A stretch of 64,000 nt of DNA, taken from positions 812,199 through 876,198 of the forward strand of contig MCFH01000016.1 in assembly GCA_002104945.1 (NCBI GenBank), given 5' to 3'. This document shows positions 1-15,038 of the stretch, piece by piece. The notes under the pieces are model-generated. The model was not told the DNA's origin, made no database searches, and saw only the letters and a program-made list of their open reading frames with translations. The stretch comes from Piromyces finnis finn (taxonomy: Eukaryota > Fungi > Neocallimastigomycota). A program made the position numbers and the translations under genes. Each line of letters starts with the position of its first letter. Position 1 is the first letter of the stretch.

Positions 1-232
1 CATCATCGATTTTATCTTTTGATTTTTTGTTGTAGTTTCGTTGTAGTATATTTTTACCATGTTTACGGTAATATGAAGAATAAAATACTAATGGTTGTGT
101 TAATTGCTCATTCAAAAATTTCATTAATTCAATTTTTTCTTTTGTCTTTAAGTTTTCCATAGATCGAGCACTCATTAATCCAATATCATCATCATTTGAT
201 TTTTTTTTTAAATTCTTTTTCTTCATTTCCAT
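1..232 (-). CDS. 5' part of an unknown protein running off the left window edge (MEMKKKNLKKKSNDDDIGLMSARSMENLKTKEKIELMKFLNEQLTQPLVFYSSYYRKHGKNILQRNYNKK...)
   Basis: Manual translation: ATG at 232-230, then 77 open codons to position 1, in GC-richer sequence than the flanking intergenic DNA. Confidence 0.55.
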   Translation of the reverse strand, partial: MEMKKKNLKKKSNDDDIGLMSARSMENLKTKEKIELMKFLNEQLTQPLVFYSSYYRKHGKNILQRNYNKKSKDKIDD

Positions 233-994
233 TGTATTCGAATTTATAAATAATTTAAAAACAAATACAATATATACAATATATATATATTTTTTTCTTT
301 CTTTTTTTTTATTTTAGCCCCTCCTATTTTTCTTTTTTTCTTTTTTATTTTTTTTCTTCTTTAGATTGAATAATAATATTAAATATATTAATTAAAAACA
401 AAAAAATATAGGAAAAAAATAAATGAAATGTAAAAATAGAAAAAGTTTATTTATATTAAAACTAATTTTTTCTATTCTTAATATTAACATGACTATTTGA
501 TATATAGTAAAAAAAAAAAAAAATTATAAAAGCCTATTCTTTATAATTACATTCATATATAAAAATATTTTTATTATTAATACAATATACAAAATAACAA
601 GTCTTTATATATAACTAAACAATTATAAAATATTATTAATTTGAATATTTATTATTATTAAAAATTAATGGTTTATGACATTTACACATTCAGTATCATG
701 ATTAATAATAACAAGCAATTGTTATTATTATTATAATTATTATTAAAACTAATAAAATATTTATTATTTTTTCTATTGACTTTATTATACACTCTAGGAT
801 TAAAATATATCAATACATTTTATTCTTATATTATTTACAATATTTTATAAAAAATTAATGATTAAATAAATTACTTTTATAAATAAATAACTTAACAAAT
901 ATAGTAATAACATTAAATTTATATATAGTTAATTTAAAACAAACATTTATTTCTATTTTGGGGTTTTTAATATATATATATATAGCATTATTAT

Positions 995-3900
995 TTATTC
1001 CATAAATCTATCCTCAATGATTATCTCAGAAATTTCTACCTCTTTACCATCATTAGTATAATAAATATATGGTTTAGGAGAATCAAAAATATATTCATCT
1101 ATTATTTCAATAGTTTCTACCTTATTGAAACCATTTTCTTTATCAATTGGTAAAATAACTGGTTTAAATATTTTTTGACTCGATGAATGATGAATATTAT
1201 TATTTTCTAAATAATCTGAATTATCATAATAATGATAATCAATTGCTGATGAAGATTCTGTCTCAATTTCATGATTAATAACATCGTCATTTTGATTATA
1301 ATTCTTTTGTTGATTAATGTATTCAGATCCATTATGATTCAAGGATGATCGGGTATAATTAACGGTGGAAGAATTATTAATTTCAAAGGAACTAGAAATT
1401 TTTGAAATTTGTTTGGCAAAAATATCAGTTTCTGTTAATGATGAATTCATTTTTTCAAAAGAGATAACTTGATCATTTTCTATTTCTTGCTGAATGGATT
1501 TTTCTTCATTTGATGTTTTAACGATTTCTTTTTTCTCACTGGTGTTTTTTGATTTTATAATAAAGTTATTTTTAAAAAGTGAAAAATAAGAAAAAGAATT
1601 AGTTTTTTTGTTTTTTATTAAATTATTATTATCAGTACTATTAATATCAATATGATGAGCTTGAGATATTGAATGACTATTTTTTTTTTTAAACATGCTA
1701 AAGAAAAAATTTGTATTTTTTTTCTTTAAAAATTTTTCTTCCTTCTTTTCATTATTATCTACTAATACATCTATCTTTTCTAAATCCTCTCCTCCAATTA
1801 CTGTTGTAAGAGATGATTGAACTTTTTCTAATCTATTGTCTATAAAATTATTATTATTTTCTTCTTCTTCTTTTACATCATTATTTATACTAGATTCACT
1901 ATTATTTTCAAATAAATAAAAATCCATTTTATTTCCATTACCCTCATCATCATTTATAATATTACTAGAACTATTATTGACATTGGGTTCATAGACACCA
2001 GTGTTACTTATATCATTATTATTTTTATCATTTCCATTATTGTCATCTTTTTTTATTAATTTTTTTGTATAGAGAATTAAAAAAAAAAAAAAAAAAAAGT
2101 ATTGATGATAATAAATAAAATATTAAATTAATTATACTTTTAATAATATATATACATATTATTCCCTAGTTACTATATTCTAATAAAATTAAAACATTCA
2201 TTATTTATATTATTTTTTTTATTAAATTACCTGATCCATTTTTGGAAGTATCAGCTAATGATAAAGATTGTCTTATTGTTTTGCATACAGTTTTTATATA
2301 GTTCATTGATTTTGATTTTTTTAATAAAATCGGGTCATTATTTGAAAAGTTTGTTAATTCTTGTGTTGATTTTTGATCTTCTATTGAATTAGATTCAATA
2401 TTTTCTTCATCTTTGCTAAATTCTAATCTCTTGGGTATTTTTGATGGTTCTATCATCTTTTTATCTTTCATAAGATTTGAATATTTTAATATTTTCTTCT
2501 CTTGTTCAAGGTAATATTTTTTTTCCATATCCATTACTTTATCAATTAATTTTTTGGCTATTCTTTGCTTTTCCTTATTTTTATGTGAATTAACCTTTCG
2601 TAAATAAAATGGTATTTCTTCATTTTCATCATTAATATATTTGGATTCCTCTTTTACTTCTGCAAATTTAACAGCTTTGGTATCATCATTTATTAATATA
2701 GCAAATTTAATGCTATCTTTTTTCATGTTATGATGATCATCATCATCTCTTTCTGTTTCGTCATTAATTTCATACTTATTACTTTTACAGGATTCATTAT
2801 TGGATTCATAATTATTATAATATTGTTCAGTATAATCATCATCAACTTCAACTTCATCATATTCATTGGTAAAATCGATAACAATCTTTGGATATTCATT
2901 ACCGAAAAACAATACCTCTTTTTTATTATAATTATCATAATCATCATCAACATATTCTATTGTTATTACTGGCAATTCACTTCCACAATTAATGTTGGTT
3001 TTATTATTTTTCTTATTATTACCCAAAAATAAATTTTTTAACTTTTTAAATCCTAATTTAAATTCATTTTTAATATAGGTCTTTAATGTGCCATCTTCCA
3101 TAATATCAACTCTATCGATTCTCTTTATCTTTACATTCTCATTAAATGTCACCTTTTTTTTAATCTTTAACTCTTGTTGAATATCACATTTTTCTGGATA
3201 GGTGTCATTATCTACGATATAAATAGCATCATCATCCACACTAATAAAATCATCATCATGATCATCATTATTATCATTCATTGGAGATTTTACCTTGTGA
3301 TTTGATGTATCATTTATATTATCGGGATAAATGATTTTTAAAGGTAAATTATTAAATAACTTTACATTTTTATTAATAGATTTCAAATTTGTATATTCCT
3401 GGTCATCATGCAATAATAATTTAAGACTCTTTGGATGATCTGAAGTTTTATGACTGATATTTGGATCTCTTTCAAATAATGAATAATTTGAACTTCCTGA
3501 ATTATCTATACTATTGTCAAAATATTCATTATATGAATCTTCATTTATAAATGAAAATGCATTATCATCAAGATTATTCATTATTATTGCTTCATTATAC
3601 AACTCCTTTCCTTTTTCTCTTCTAATATCTTCATCATCACTTAAAATGATATCACTGTTATAATTAAATATATTATCATAACTTAGAGAATCATCACTTA
3701 TATTGATAAAACTGTCAAATTTATCAATTCTTAAATTGTTTTTATTTATATGATTTTCATTTTGATTCATTTCAAAATGTTCAAAGCTATCGGTCAAAAC
3801 ACTACTATCGTTAATAATCTCATCAACAGCAGGATTAAAATCACATAAACTTTCTAGTGAATTAATACTTTGATTTGTTTGATATTTTATGAAATTCTTA

Positions 3901-4424
3901 TAATTATGTTTATTAACAAGGGTTTCTGAGTGAGTGACAGTAGTTGAGTCATCTTTTTCTGTTGTTTCTACAATTTCATTATTAACAAGAGTCTCGGAAT
4001 GAATAATGGGTTCATGATTTTTACTATCGCCAAATTTAATAATATCTTCATTAATTAAAGTTTCAGAATGTTTTAGTTGAGGCTTTTCCGATGTGATACT
4101 ATTAGATATTTCCTCTTCAAGAAATTTTGATTGTTTATTTTGTTCGAAAAGATATAAACTAGAACAAGAGTCTTTATTAATTATAGTTCTCTCTGAATCT
4201 TTTTTACTTACTAACCAATCATTTTTTTTTTCGAGGATATTAACTTTTGACAATGAATTTTCCTTTGAAGATTTTATTTTTTTTAAAGAATAGTCATTTG
4301 TAAGTTTATTAGAAATTATTTGCATTTCATTTATAGGTTTGAGTTTGACAGAATTTAATAAATTACTATTGGACTCCGAACCATCTTTCTCTATTAATTT
4401 TGAATTAATAATACTTGAATTCAT
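995..4424 (-). CDS. Large acidic Asn/Ser/Asp-rich low-complexity protein (~1,080 aa), probably 2 exons joining the 739-aa and 310-aa ORFs
   Basis: Donor AG|GTAATT at 2230 and acceptor AG at 2048-2047 give a 184-nt phase-1 intron. The frame is open from 2046 into the 995..1927 ORF. No recognisable folded domain. Confidence 0.65.
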
Positions 4425-7400
4425 TTTTTCTTAATAACTTTTTTATTGATATTATTACTTATTAAATATTAACGGTACTTATTACATAATATACACTATA
4501 CATAAACGAATATGAAAATATGAATGTCTATTTTTATTTAGTGAAAACCTTGAATAAACTCTCTAAATCTTTTATTATATTGGTTATATATTGGCTATGA
4601 TGTATTTTATAAAGATATATTATAAAAAAAAAAAAGTATATAACTATATATTATATTTTATTGAATAACTTGATAAAAATTATATTTTTCTTTTGAAAAA
4701 AAAAAAAAAAAGTTTAAAACATTAATATTAAGAAATTAAATTTGCTTGGCAACGGTTTTTATATTAATATTGTTGAAAATAATAGAGGTAAGCTTTTCTT
4801 CTTTCATTATCATTATTTTTTTATTATTAATAAATATTATTGGATTATAAAACATATAAATAATATATATTTATTGTTCTATTTAATTAATTACAAGAAA
4901 AAAAAAGTGTATTTATTTATTCTATCATATGTTAAAAATTAGCATCTACAACTTTTCAATTTTTTTTTTTTCAAAATAATATATTAGGGGCTTTTAATAA
5001 TTTATAATTACTTATCTGTTACAATATTACTTTTTTAATAAAATAAGTATTAATTATTATATATATTTTCTCTGTTAATTAGGCATTAATATCTTTTAAC
5101 ATATCATATTATAATCATAAATGAATAAAAAAAAAAAAAAGAATCAGGAAATTTAGATAGAACTTTAAAAAAAAAAAAGTTTGAAAAGTAATTAAAAAAT
5201 TAATTTCATAATTGAGTCTTTTTTTATTATTAATTTGAGGTTTTGTATTTATTATAAATTTAAGTTTTAAATTTTTAAAACTTTATTATACATATTTTTA
5301 TATATAGAATAATTATATTCTAATATATTAGTGATTTTATCTTTTACATAAAATTTGATACATTAATCAATATATAGTAATATTAATTCTTAATTTAATT
5401 AATACATTACCATTTTTTTCACTTATTATTAAGAGAATGAACTATAAAATAAGAGTGATATTAATAATAAGACAATAGAAATAAAAATGAATTAGTTATG
5501 AAAGATTATAAATAATTCCTCTCATGTTTTTTAATATTTATAATACTTTTATTTTTTCCAATTATTACTTTAAACTTTTCGTATTAAATAATTTAATAAA
5601 TTTAAAATCTTACTAATAGTTTTTTTTTTCTTTATTTTCCTAATAAAATCTGTAACAAACTAAAAATAAAATTTAAGATTATTATTATAAAAGTATAATG
5701 TATAATAGCTCATAATAATTATAATGAATGTAGATTTATAAGAATAAATTAAATACAATTAAAATACAATTCACTCTTTGTAGAAGATATATATAAATAT
5801 TTAATTAATAAATTGTGGCCATTCATCTATCCATCATTTTCTATCCACCATCGAAAAACTTTTTTTTAACTAATTTTGAATAGTAACCTTATTTGGTAAA
5901 AATTATGTATTAAATTTTCTTAAAACAAAAAAAAAATAATAATAATTAATAAGAATATATCTTATTATATAAAAAAAAAACATTTTTATTATAAATTTAA
6001 CAACCCATTTTATTATTTTATAAATAATAATATTTAATAAGACTAGAAAGAGGGAATGTTATTTAAAAATCTTAATAAAAACTTTTATATCTAATAAAAT
6101 TATTAATATTTTAATTATTAATAACAACAGTCAAAAATATTTATGATTTCATATATCAAAGATTTTTTGAACAATTACCATAAAAAACTATTTTAAATGG
6201 GAATTTAATATATAAAATGTTAAATATGAAAAAATGATATATAAAAATTATAATATTATATAAGTCAATAATGAATATAAAAATTATAAATCTTATTCAT
6301 ATTATTATTATAAATTTTATGTATGTATATAGATGACCATTAAATTAATTCATGTAATTCTTTATCATTTTCTATTGATTTATTATCAGTTTTATTTATA
6401 CTCAGATAATTTTCATATTACATTTTATTAATATTCTTTTTTTTCAATTTTAATTATTTTTCTTTTTTTCATTCTTGCTCTATTTCCTTTATCTTACTAT
6501 AATTATTATATAAAAACTTTTTCTTTATATACATTTTTATATTTTTTATATTATTATATTATTATTATTAGTATATTCCAAAAAAGGAATAATTTAACAA
6601 TTTGTGTAGCATAAAAAAATGACATTTAAAATAACTAAAATTCATTATTATTAATTAAAAATAAATTAAAAGTTATTTTAATTTTAATATATATGATATT
6701 AAAAAAAAAGGATTAATAATTAATAAAAATAAATTTATAAAAATCCAATAATTAATAATCCTTTTTACATAGAATATAAAATGTATTTTTCACTTTTACT
6801 ATGAAAAAAAGAAAAAGATAAAAATATTTATAATAATATTTAATTGAAGGACCTTAAATATATGAATTATAAAGCAATAATAATATATTTTAATATATTA
6901 ATATAGAAAAATTTTTATTAAAGATAAAATAAATTTTGGTGCTAACATTATATTGATTTTAAATGTCATTAAAAATAGAATATAATTATTTTTTTGTTAA
7001 ACAAAATAATTATTACAAAAATGGATGTCAAAAAAAACATAATATATATCATGTATTACAAATTGTATAAATATTCATTAAAAAAAAAAAAAAAAGCATC
7101 ATTGTATTATTTAGTTTATTTAAAAAATGAAAAATTGAATAAAATAAATATAGATAAATATAAATTAAAATATAGTTTTTTTATCAGTAGTAAATAAATA
7201 TTTTATCAATAATGATAGTTTATATTAATATTTCATATGTATTTCTATAAAATACAAAAAAAAAATGTATATGAAGTATCAATTATTTGTTTACATAAAA
7301 ACAATTAAAAATCATTTTAAATTATTAAAAAAATCAACAAAAACAATTATTATAATAATTTAATTTAATAATAAATAAAAAGTGTATTTTTAAAGCATCC

Positions 7401-7450
7401 AAATAATGAAAAGAATTATTGATATCAGAATAAAATATAATCAGTTTTTA

Positions 7451-7451
<1 letters not shown>

Positions 7452-7503
<52 letters not shown>
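7452..7503. repeat. (TAA)n microsatellite
   Basis: About 17 perfect units. Confidence 0.95.
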
Positions 7504-7508
<5 letters not shown>

Positions 7509-8110
7509 TACTTTGATAAAAAAAATATTTAAATTTTAATAATTAAATATTGAATTAATAAAACCATTTTTTTTTTAAAAAAAAAATAAAAATTCAAACG
7601 TTTTTTCAATAACAAAATAAATGTGATATAAACTTTAATTATTAGAAATATTATTATTTATAGTCAAAGATATAAAACCAGTGTGATATAAATTTATGAA
7701 TAATAATTTATGTAAATCGATTTTTATTATAAACTTTTTATTTTATAAATGAATGCTCAAAAAAAACTTTTTTTTTTCTATTAGTTAAATATTAATATTA
7801 AGAAATTAAATAATAAATAATAATATAAACTGATATAATTTTTTGTGTTTTTAGTATAGTAATAAAATAATAGTAAATAAAATTGCTTTTTTTTTTTTTT
7901 TTTTTTTTTTTCTGTTTTAAATATTTTTTTTCTTAATTGTTGATATACAAAGGTTTTAAATCTTTCAATAGTCTGTATAATAATAATTATGAATTAATTC
8001 TTTTTCAAAAAATAAATATATTTCTTTTTATATTATGCCAGCTGTTATATAGTATATATTAGTATTTATTATAAAAAATAAATAGCATTATTACTGGATA
8101 TAATAACATT

Positions 8111-11100
8111 ATGGAATTTATTCAATCAAATTTCTTAAATAAACCCATTAGCTTATATGATGAATCCTTACAGCAGAACATTAAGAGTGTAAACAATACA
8201 AATGAAAATAATAATGAAAATACTACAAAATTAAATACTATAACAACTTCTCCATTGCTAAATTTAATATCTCATTCAAAAAAGGAATTTAATAATAATA
8301 AAGAACATTACAAATTATCACCATCTGCTTCCATATCTTCAATTGTTGATTATAATGCTTCATTGTCATCATCATCAATGTCAACCGTGGTTGAAAATGA
8401 AAATATTCAATCAAAACATATTCTTTCATCCATAAAAACACCCATTTTATCAAATGAAAATTTAAATGAACTCATTTCATTTTCACCAAATAAATGCAAA
8501 TATCCATATACACCTTCATCTTCTTTATTATTTGCCTCATCTAAAGAATTTGTTAATCAAAACACAAATGAAAATACAAAGAATAATGCTAATGAATATT
8601 TAAATGTCAAAGAAGTAGTATCATCTTTAAATGAGAATAAAACTCAATCAGTAAAACCCACAGATGATCTTTTAAAAAATATATATAATATGGAGATTTA
8701 TGGTCCATTTTCAACAAAATTAAATGACTATTCGAATATAAGTAATCAAGAAACTAAAGATACCTTAGAAGCAAATAATAGTAAATTGAGCTTACGATTT
8801 TTTTTTCAATTTTTTAAATAATTATATTTTAAAGCATTATTATATTAATTTATTAGAAGATTACAATTGTATTAATTGAAAACATATTTTTAAAATATAT
8901 ATTGATGTTTTAATTATTATTACATTAATAAAAGTTGAAACTTCGATACTTAGGCCAATTGATACCTATATAGATTATTCAAGTATTAAGTCATTTATTA
9001 ATGATGACAATCCTAATAATAAATCTGGAACTCAGAAAGATCAAATAATTCCGTGCATAGAAGAAGTTCATAAAAATAAAAATGATGAAATACAATTGTC
9101 GATTGAAAAAAAATTATATAAAGAAGAACAAAAAAATAAAAATGAATTGCATGTAGTCTCAGAATTAAAAAATATAGGTATTTCTATCATGGACATTGAT
9201 TATGAAAATAATAATAAAGATACTAAAGAAAATAAAAATTCACAAGAAACTGGGTCTTTAAATGAACCAATAATTAAAGCAAAGAAAAAAGATAAAATTG
9301 ATATTATTCTTGGGAAGAAAATAAAGAAACTAATAAAGAAAAAAGATGTAATGAAATATTGATTTTATTTTATTATTAATTAATATCATTAATTATATAT
9401 TATGAATATAAAAATAAAAAAAAAAAAAAAAAACCTAAATTAAAAAAATTTATTATATATATGTCGATCTATTATATATTTGTTTATTCATTAATAATAA
9501 TTTAATCTATATATATATATATGTATATTATTAATTAATAGGAGGAAGAAATTAAAAAGAAAATCAAAAGTAAAAAAAGTGAAATTACAATACTATCAGA
9601 TAAAAAAAACCTAGTTGAAATGGATATGAACATTAATCCAATATTAGATGCCAATGGTAATAAAAAAATTGAAAAAGAATCCAGTGATGAACATACAGTT
9701 GAAAAAATAAAAGATAATACCCATATACAATATAATAGTAATAATAATAGTACCAGTAACAATAATAATATTAATAGTAATAATAATAATTATTATAATA
9801 ATAATAGTAATGATAATAATGATAATAATGATAATAATGATAAAAATAATGATAAAAATATCAATATTAATAATATTAATAATGATATTAACAATGATGA
9901 TATTAATAAACAATTGGATTCAAATTTATTACAATTACACCAATGTACAAGTCAATCTAAAAAAACACCACTTAAACCTTCAACTTATGTTACAGTTAAT
10001 AACAAATCAGAAAATTATGTTTTTAAAAAGAATCCTCATTATAAATCAAAAGAAGATTTAAAACTACATTTTAATTATCCACAGAATATGAATATGTATG
10101 GTCAAACCTTTAATTATTCATCCTCTCCATCTATAGGATCAAATACAAGTAAATATTGTATATAATTATATATATACACATTAAAAATCGTATATTTTCC
10201 CTATTTTATTAATATCCATACAAAAAATTAAATTTATATTACTAATTATTAGATGTATCACAGTATAATAATCAAATTCCGTATAATATGCCAATGGAAT
10301 ATAATATATCAACTCCAATTGAAAATGCAACAATAACCACAAATTTAAATTCATCATTGTCAATAGATTTATCTCAAAATATCTATACACAAATTAACAG
10401 AAACTCTTTATTTCAACCTGTCACATATAATCTTCCACATCAACATGAAATAAATTCAGAAGGTAATGATGAAGACACAGAAAAAAAGGAAGAATTAATA
10501 AAAGAATATGAAGATTTCAAAGAAGTAACAAACACTCAAAAAGATGAAAAATTGTTAGGTAATAAAAAAACTCTTCATAAAAAAATTAAATTAAGAGTTC
10601 AAAAGAAAGAAAAATTAGAAAAATTAAAACAAGAATTGAAAAAAGACTCATCCTCTATTATTGCTTCTTGTGATCTTTCAGATAATTCAAAAATGACACC
10701 AAAAACAGAAAAGAAAAATATTAAATTTAACATTAAAAAACGATTAAAACTTAGAATTAATCATCAGAATACAGATGATGATATGAACAGAATGGAAAAT
10801 GAATCAACATCACGTTTTTCAGAAATATTAACAGAAAAATGTACTACAAATGTTGCAGTAGATGCTAATACAGAAGCTGTGAATATTACACCTATAATGA
10901 ATCCAATATCTACGACATACATGACGCCTGCTGCTGCTACCCAACCTTTCGTTCTAAACTCAGGTATTTCTTTTGACAGTAACTATCATAAATTATAAGA
11001 ACTTTTATTGATTGACAATTTTTTATTTTTTTCATAATACAATTATTCTAATTTTAAAATAAGGAAATCTTCAAAATAATTTATTACCAGAATGTGTATT

Positions 11101-12787
11101 AAATAATAATAATACAAATTTAAAAAATGATATATTATATTACCAAAAACAGGATTCTTCTTTATCATTGGAAAAACCATCACAGTCATCAGATTCATAT
11201 AACTTTTCAATTCTTCAAATACAAAGTCCACAACAACAACAACAACAACAACAACATTCAACACAACATCCATCAATGCAACAGCAACAAACAAAATCCC
11301 AAATTAATCAACCTCAATCTCAATTAAATTCTAAATTACAAGCAACATATTCATTTAATTCTCAAATTCAAAATGGAATGGAAATTTCGAGGCAATATCA
11401 ACAACAACAGCAACAACAGTTAGGACTACAGTTATCAGCACAATATCAACAACCATTATCTACACAGAATAATGTTCAATGTCAACTTCCAATAACAACA
11501 TTAACTCAAATTCCAATTCAAACAGTAATGAAAACAGACAATTCACCTCAAATTCAAATTCCCCTTCCTCCGCAATTAACACAAATACCAATTATAAAAA
11601 ATGATAATACAACCACTAATGATAATCCTTTATCTATTCCAAATGAAATAAAAAATGAAGATATAAATATTTTAACTGTATCAATTCAACAATCAAATAA
11701 AAATCAAATCAAACCCAATAATGCAATCATTAAAGACATTAATAAATCTCATTTATCCCCTATAAATCAATTATCTCAAACAACTGTATTAGATTCCTCT
11801 ATTAAAACAGAAAATTCTATTCAAAATTCCAATAAAATCGAATTAAATGGTAGAAATAATGATTTTTTTAAATATTTTTTTATATAAAGATATAATAATA
11901 ATAATAATAATAATAATTTTATTTAATATATATTTATAAAAGAATCTTCTACGTCATCTTTGCTAAATCTAGATTTAACAAATATTAATATTCCAAAAGT
12001 GACTGATATTTCTGGTTTGGAAATACCTATTGAAATACAAAATTTGGATGAAACAGCCGACCAAATCTTCTCTTCATTATATAATTCTAGCAATTCATCT
12101 TCTACTGTGACAGCGGCAACTACTTCAAATAATACTTCTGTAGAATTACCTAATTTAAATGTTATTCATCCGATGCCAGATAATGCTATGGATAGTAATA
12201 ATAATAATAGTAATAATATTATGATTAATGCAGATCAAAGTATTAATTCAACAACATCAATGATAAATTTGAATTCACAAACAACTTCAACCATTCCTCC
12301 AGTCCCCATAAATATGATTAGTTCAACCATCCCGCTAGTCCCTTCAAATATAATTAATTCGGCAACAACAACCATAAATCATAATTTTTTAAATGCTACT
12401 GGATCAACATCTAATATTCTTGGGCCTGTTATATCTGAAGGTTTAATGAACTATACTATGTATCAATATAATACTAGTTATTCCTCTCCAACTGCAACAG
12501 TTTCAGCAACAAATTCAATGAATAACTTAATAACTGTCAATCCCAATACAACAACAACATCAACAAACTTAATATATAATAATAATAATAATAATAATAT
12601 AAATCAAATGCCTAATTATTCTGTGTATCCTGTAGACTATCAAAATTTTAATGTCGCATCAGTAGTACCAGATTATGTTAATTTTAAATCAATACCACAT
12701 GTTAAATTCGAAAAAATTCAAAAACCGAAAAAAGTTTATTACAAAAGGCCAAAAATATATAATACGAAAAAAAGAGGAAGACAATAA
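8111..12787 (+). CDS. Six-exon Asn/Gln/Ser/Thr-rich low-complexity protein (~1,334 aa), function unknown. Exons 8111-8780, 8935-9347, 9542-10148, 10253-10963, 11091-11849, 11943-12787.
   Basis: Five GT-AG introns, all phase-compatible by manual check, link six ORF-track pieces (total 4005 nt). Poly-Q and poly-N tracts; basic C-terminus KRPKIYNTKKRGRQ. Confidence 0.7.
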
Positions 12788-12866
12788 GTTAAATTATTAA
12801 TTAAATAGTTGAAGTATATAAATGGTAGAAAATAAAACAAATAATTATAATATTTATATTTAAATC

Positions 12867-12905
<39 letters not shown>

Positions 12906-13332
12906 AAGAAAATAAAATAGCTTAATAATATTTGTATGTTTAACATAATTATAACGATGTGTTTATTAATATCAAAAATATATCAAAAATATATATATAA
13001 ATTTACCTAATCCTAATTTTAATTACATTTTTTATAGATTATAGATTATACATCAATAATATTAATAACTACAATTTAGAATGTTTAATTATATTTAAAA
13101 TTCTATTAACTTATTTTAATGACTTCTCTAATATAAAAACGAGAAAAAAAAATAATAAAAAATAAAATAACAAGATATATTTCTTTTATATTTTTTTTCT
13201 TTTCTTTTATTAACATTATATTATATACTATTATATATATACTATATTACATTTCAAAATTATATATAATCTAATATACAAAAAAAAATAAAAATAAAAA
13301 TAAAAATAAAAATAAAAGCGGATATTATATAA

Positions 13333-14463
13333 TTATAGTGGTGGTGTCTTAAATGACCATGCAACACCCCATCTTACAGTTTTTCCTTGTTTAAAATTAG
13401 TAGTTTTAATTTCTTTTATATGTTTTATCCCTTTTAAATAAGCAACTATTGGGTCAATACTCTTTTTTTTACCAATAAGAGAAGTATACCATTGAAGAAG
13501 TAAACCTTTTTTATGCAATTTTTTATTATAAATTTTTTTTTGTAAATGTTTAGAATCATTTGTACTTTTCATTAATTTACAAATCTTTTTAATGGCTTTC
13601 CTTCTTTGTTTATATAAATAAACACTATCATCAATTATTTTAATTATAAATTGAACTTCACCACCTTCTGTTAACATTTCATTGTTAGAACCTGTACAAA
13701 CGGAATGCGGTGCTTCGACTTTTAATTCTCTACTTTGCTTCATTTCTTCTTCAGAAGAATAAAATGGTGGATTGCACATACAGAAAGTATAATCAGGTTG
13801 AATTATGGCTTGGCGAAGTAAATTATTATATAACGTCTGATTATTTATTGAATCATTGTTTGTTAAAAATAAAGATTCTATCCATTCACTGCCACAATTT
13901 ATTTTCTTTTTTTTTTTGAGTAGCAAAGAAAACACATTTTTTTGTTCATTTTTTACTCTTCTTACTTTTATTTGATTTATCATATTATTTCTACTTACAT
14001 TATCTTTTGCATATTCATAACTACGTTCATTAAGTTCTAATGCTTCGAAATTCCATTCTGGGTGTAATTTACATGCTAGTAAGGGGTATATACATGACGC
14101 TCCTGTACCAATATCAATTCCAGTAACAGATAAATTAGCATTTATATTATTATGGTTATTATTATCATTACTATTTGCATCTTTATTGTCATTTGAAAAA
14201 ATTAAATCTTCAATCCAATGTATATAATCTAATCGACCGGGTATAACAGGGCATAGGGTATCTAATGGAATTTCTAAACGAATTTTAAAATCACACCATA
14301 AAAGAGCATAAGTTAATTCTCTACAAGCTCTTGGATCCTTAAAATTGATGGATCCTTGTTTTGAGTATCTATTGAATTTAATATATTTTTTTAAAGAGGA
14401 ATAAGATTCAGCTAATTTAATAAAATCAGGTTCATTATTATAATATATATTATGTTGATGCAT
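13333..14463 (-). CDS. METTL16: METTL16/RlmF-family RNA N6-adenosine methyltransferase (U6 snRNA m6A type), single exon
   Basis: Motifs IDFKDPRACRELT, LEIPLDTLCPVIPGRLDYIHW, SAM-binding GIDIGTGASCIYPLL, catalytic FCMCNPPFY, TEGGEVQF, QWYTSLIGKK, QGKTVRWGVAWSF. Confidence 0.93.
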   Translation of the reverse strand: MHQHNIYYNNEPDFIKLAESYSSLKKYIKFNRYSKQGSINFKDPRACRELTYALLWCDFKIRLEIPLDTLCPVIPGRLDYIHWIEDLIFSNDNKDANSNDNNNHNNINANLSVTGIDIGTGASCIYPLLACKLHPEWNFEALELNERSYEYAKDNVSRNNMINQIKVRRVKNEQKNVFSLLLKKKKKINCGSEWIESLFLTNNDSINNQTLYNNLLRQAIIQPDYTFCMCNPPFYSSEEEMKQSRELKVEAPHSVCTGSNNEMLTEGGEVQFIIKIIDDSVYLYKQRRKAIKKICKLMKSTNDSKHLQKKIYNKKLHKKGLLLQWYTSLIGKKKSIDPIVAYLKGIKHIKEIKTTNFKQGKTVRWGVAWSFKTPPL

Positions 14464-14989
14464 AATAGAAGCTAAATGAAAGAGAATGCAATACTATTTT
14501 ATTTTTGATAAATAAACATATAAATAAAAAATATATATATATATAAATGTATATAAGTAATAAAGAATTAAAAGGATCCAAAACAAATTATAATTTGAAA
14601 TTCATTATTATTATAATATTATACATTTATTACAAATTTGTACTACCTTTAAATATTTATATATAAAAAAAGAAAACTTGATTTGATTTTAATGATTTGA
14701 ATACAAGATTATATTATTTAGTTTTATTGGATTTATTAGATTTTTAACAATAAATTTATTATTTTATTTTAATATTTACAATGGGCTTTTATTGTTAAAA
14801 TAAGAATATGGTAAAAAAAAGTTATATCAACAGATATACAGATATAATATACTTTTAAAATAAAAAATGTTTAAAATTAAAAAGATAGTTGTTTTTTTTT
14901 TTTTTTTTTTTTTTTTAAGCGATAATAATTTTAGTTATAATATTGTACCATATAACAAAAAAATAAGTATAATTTTTTTTTATTATTAT

Positions 14990-15022
<33 letters not shown>

Positions 15023-15038
15023 TATAGAATATAAAAGA

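Noticed and set aside
4742-7197. 66- and 67-aa Ile/Lys/Tyr/Asn-rich ORFs with TTG starts
   Set aside because: Composition matches random AT-rich intergenic DNA
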